A stretch of 64,000 nt of DNA from Eledone cirrhosa (taxonomy: Eukaryota). Numbering within the stretch: position 1 is the stretch's first letter; each line of letters begins with the position of its first letter. Positions 63,601 to 64,000 of this stretch are shown in pieces. The DNA lies in NCBI GenBank assembly GCA_964016885.1, contig OZ024749.1, forward strand, positions 620,001 to 684,000. Reading direction: 5' to 3'. The notes under the pieces were generated by a model. The model saw only the letters and a program-made list of their open reading frames with translations. It did no database searches and was not told the DNA's origin. The translations under genes and the position numbers were made by a program.

Positions 63601-64000
63601 ATTATAATTCAATTCATATCTGGGATGTTTTATAGAAATATTATACTACTATTGGTACTTATAATTTCGTGTATGGTAGCACACACCTTAAATCTTATTC
63701 TATAAATTCTTCTCACATCCTTTCATGTATGGTAGCACAACCTAAATTTCATTTCTAAATTCTTCTGTCATCCTTTTTTCAAGATGGTCTCCATCCCAAA
63801 ATTTCACCTACATATCTTACTTTAACCCTTTCTCATACCAAACTGTCCCTGATTCTACAATTAGTTTGAGTTAAGTGGCTGCTGTTAGGAAAGGAATTTA
63901 GTCATAGAAACCAGGTCAAAAATGGAACATGAGCAAGACATGGTCTTCTGATCTGTTTAGGAGGGTGGTAGCTCTATAAGAACTGGCTAACACTTTCACA

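Overview
AT-rich, repeat-dense eukaryotic DNA. The SINE and LINE repertoire and the (TA)n/(CA)n microsatellites suggest a cephalopod, probably Octopus (inference). The left half carries a large minus-strand, multi-exon gene of unrecognised family. Its exons at 25610-25293, 17255-12807 (4449 bp), 11927-11861 and 8491-8244 splice in phase, with a possible last coding exon at 6999-6955. A 14.6-kb array of a 27-bp satellite with higher-order structure fills 29387-43999. The rest is transposons: a near full-length RTE LINE with a PHD-like finger inside its RT, RTE fragments, a tRNA/CORE-like SINE that borrows the RTE 3' tail, Nin-like SINEs, two Helitrons, hAT and piggyBac MITEs, two internally deleted piggyBacs, and Penelope-like retroelements (PLEs). 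The most notable signal is six minimal type-I hammerhead ribozyme (HHR) motifs from three unrelated sequence families, plus one degenerate motif; five of the six lie in PLE-type terminal repeats. In the largest PLE the sense 5' repeat starts at the predicted self-cleavage site, and the inverted repeat spans the element's tail-to-head junction.
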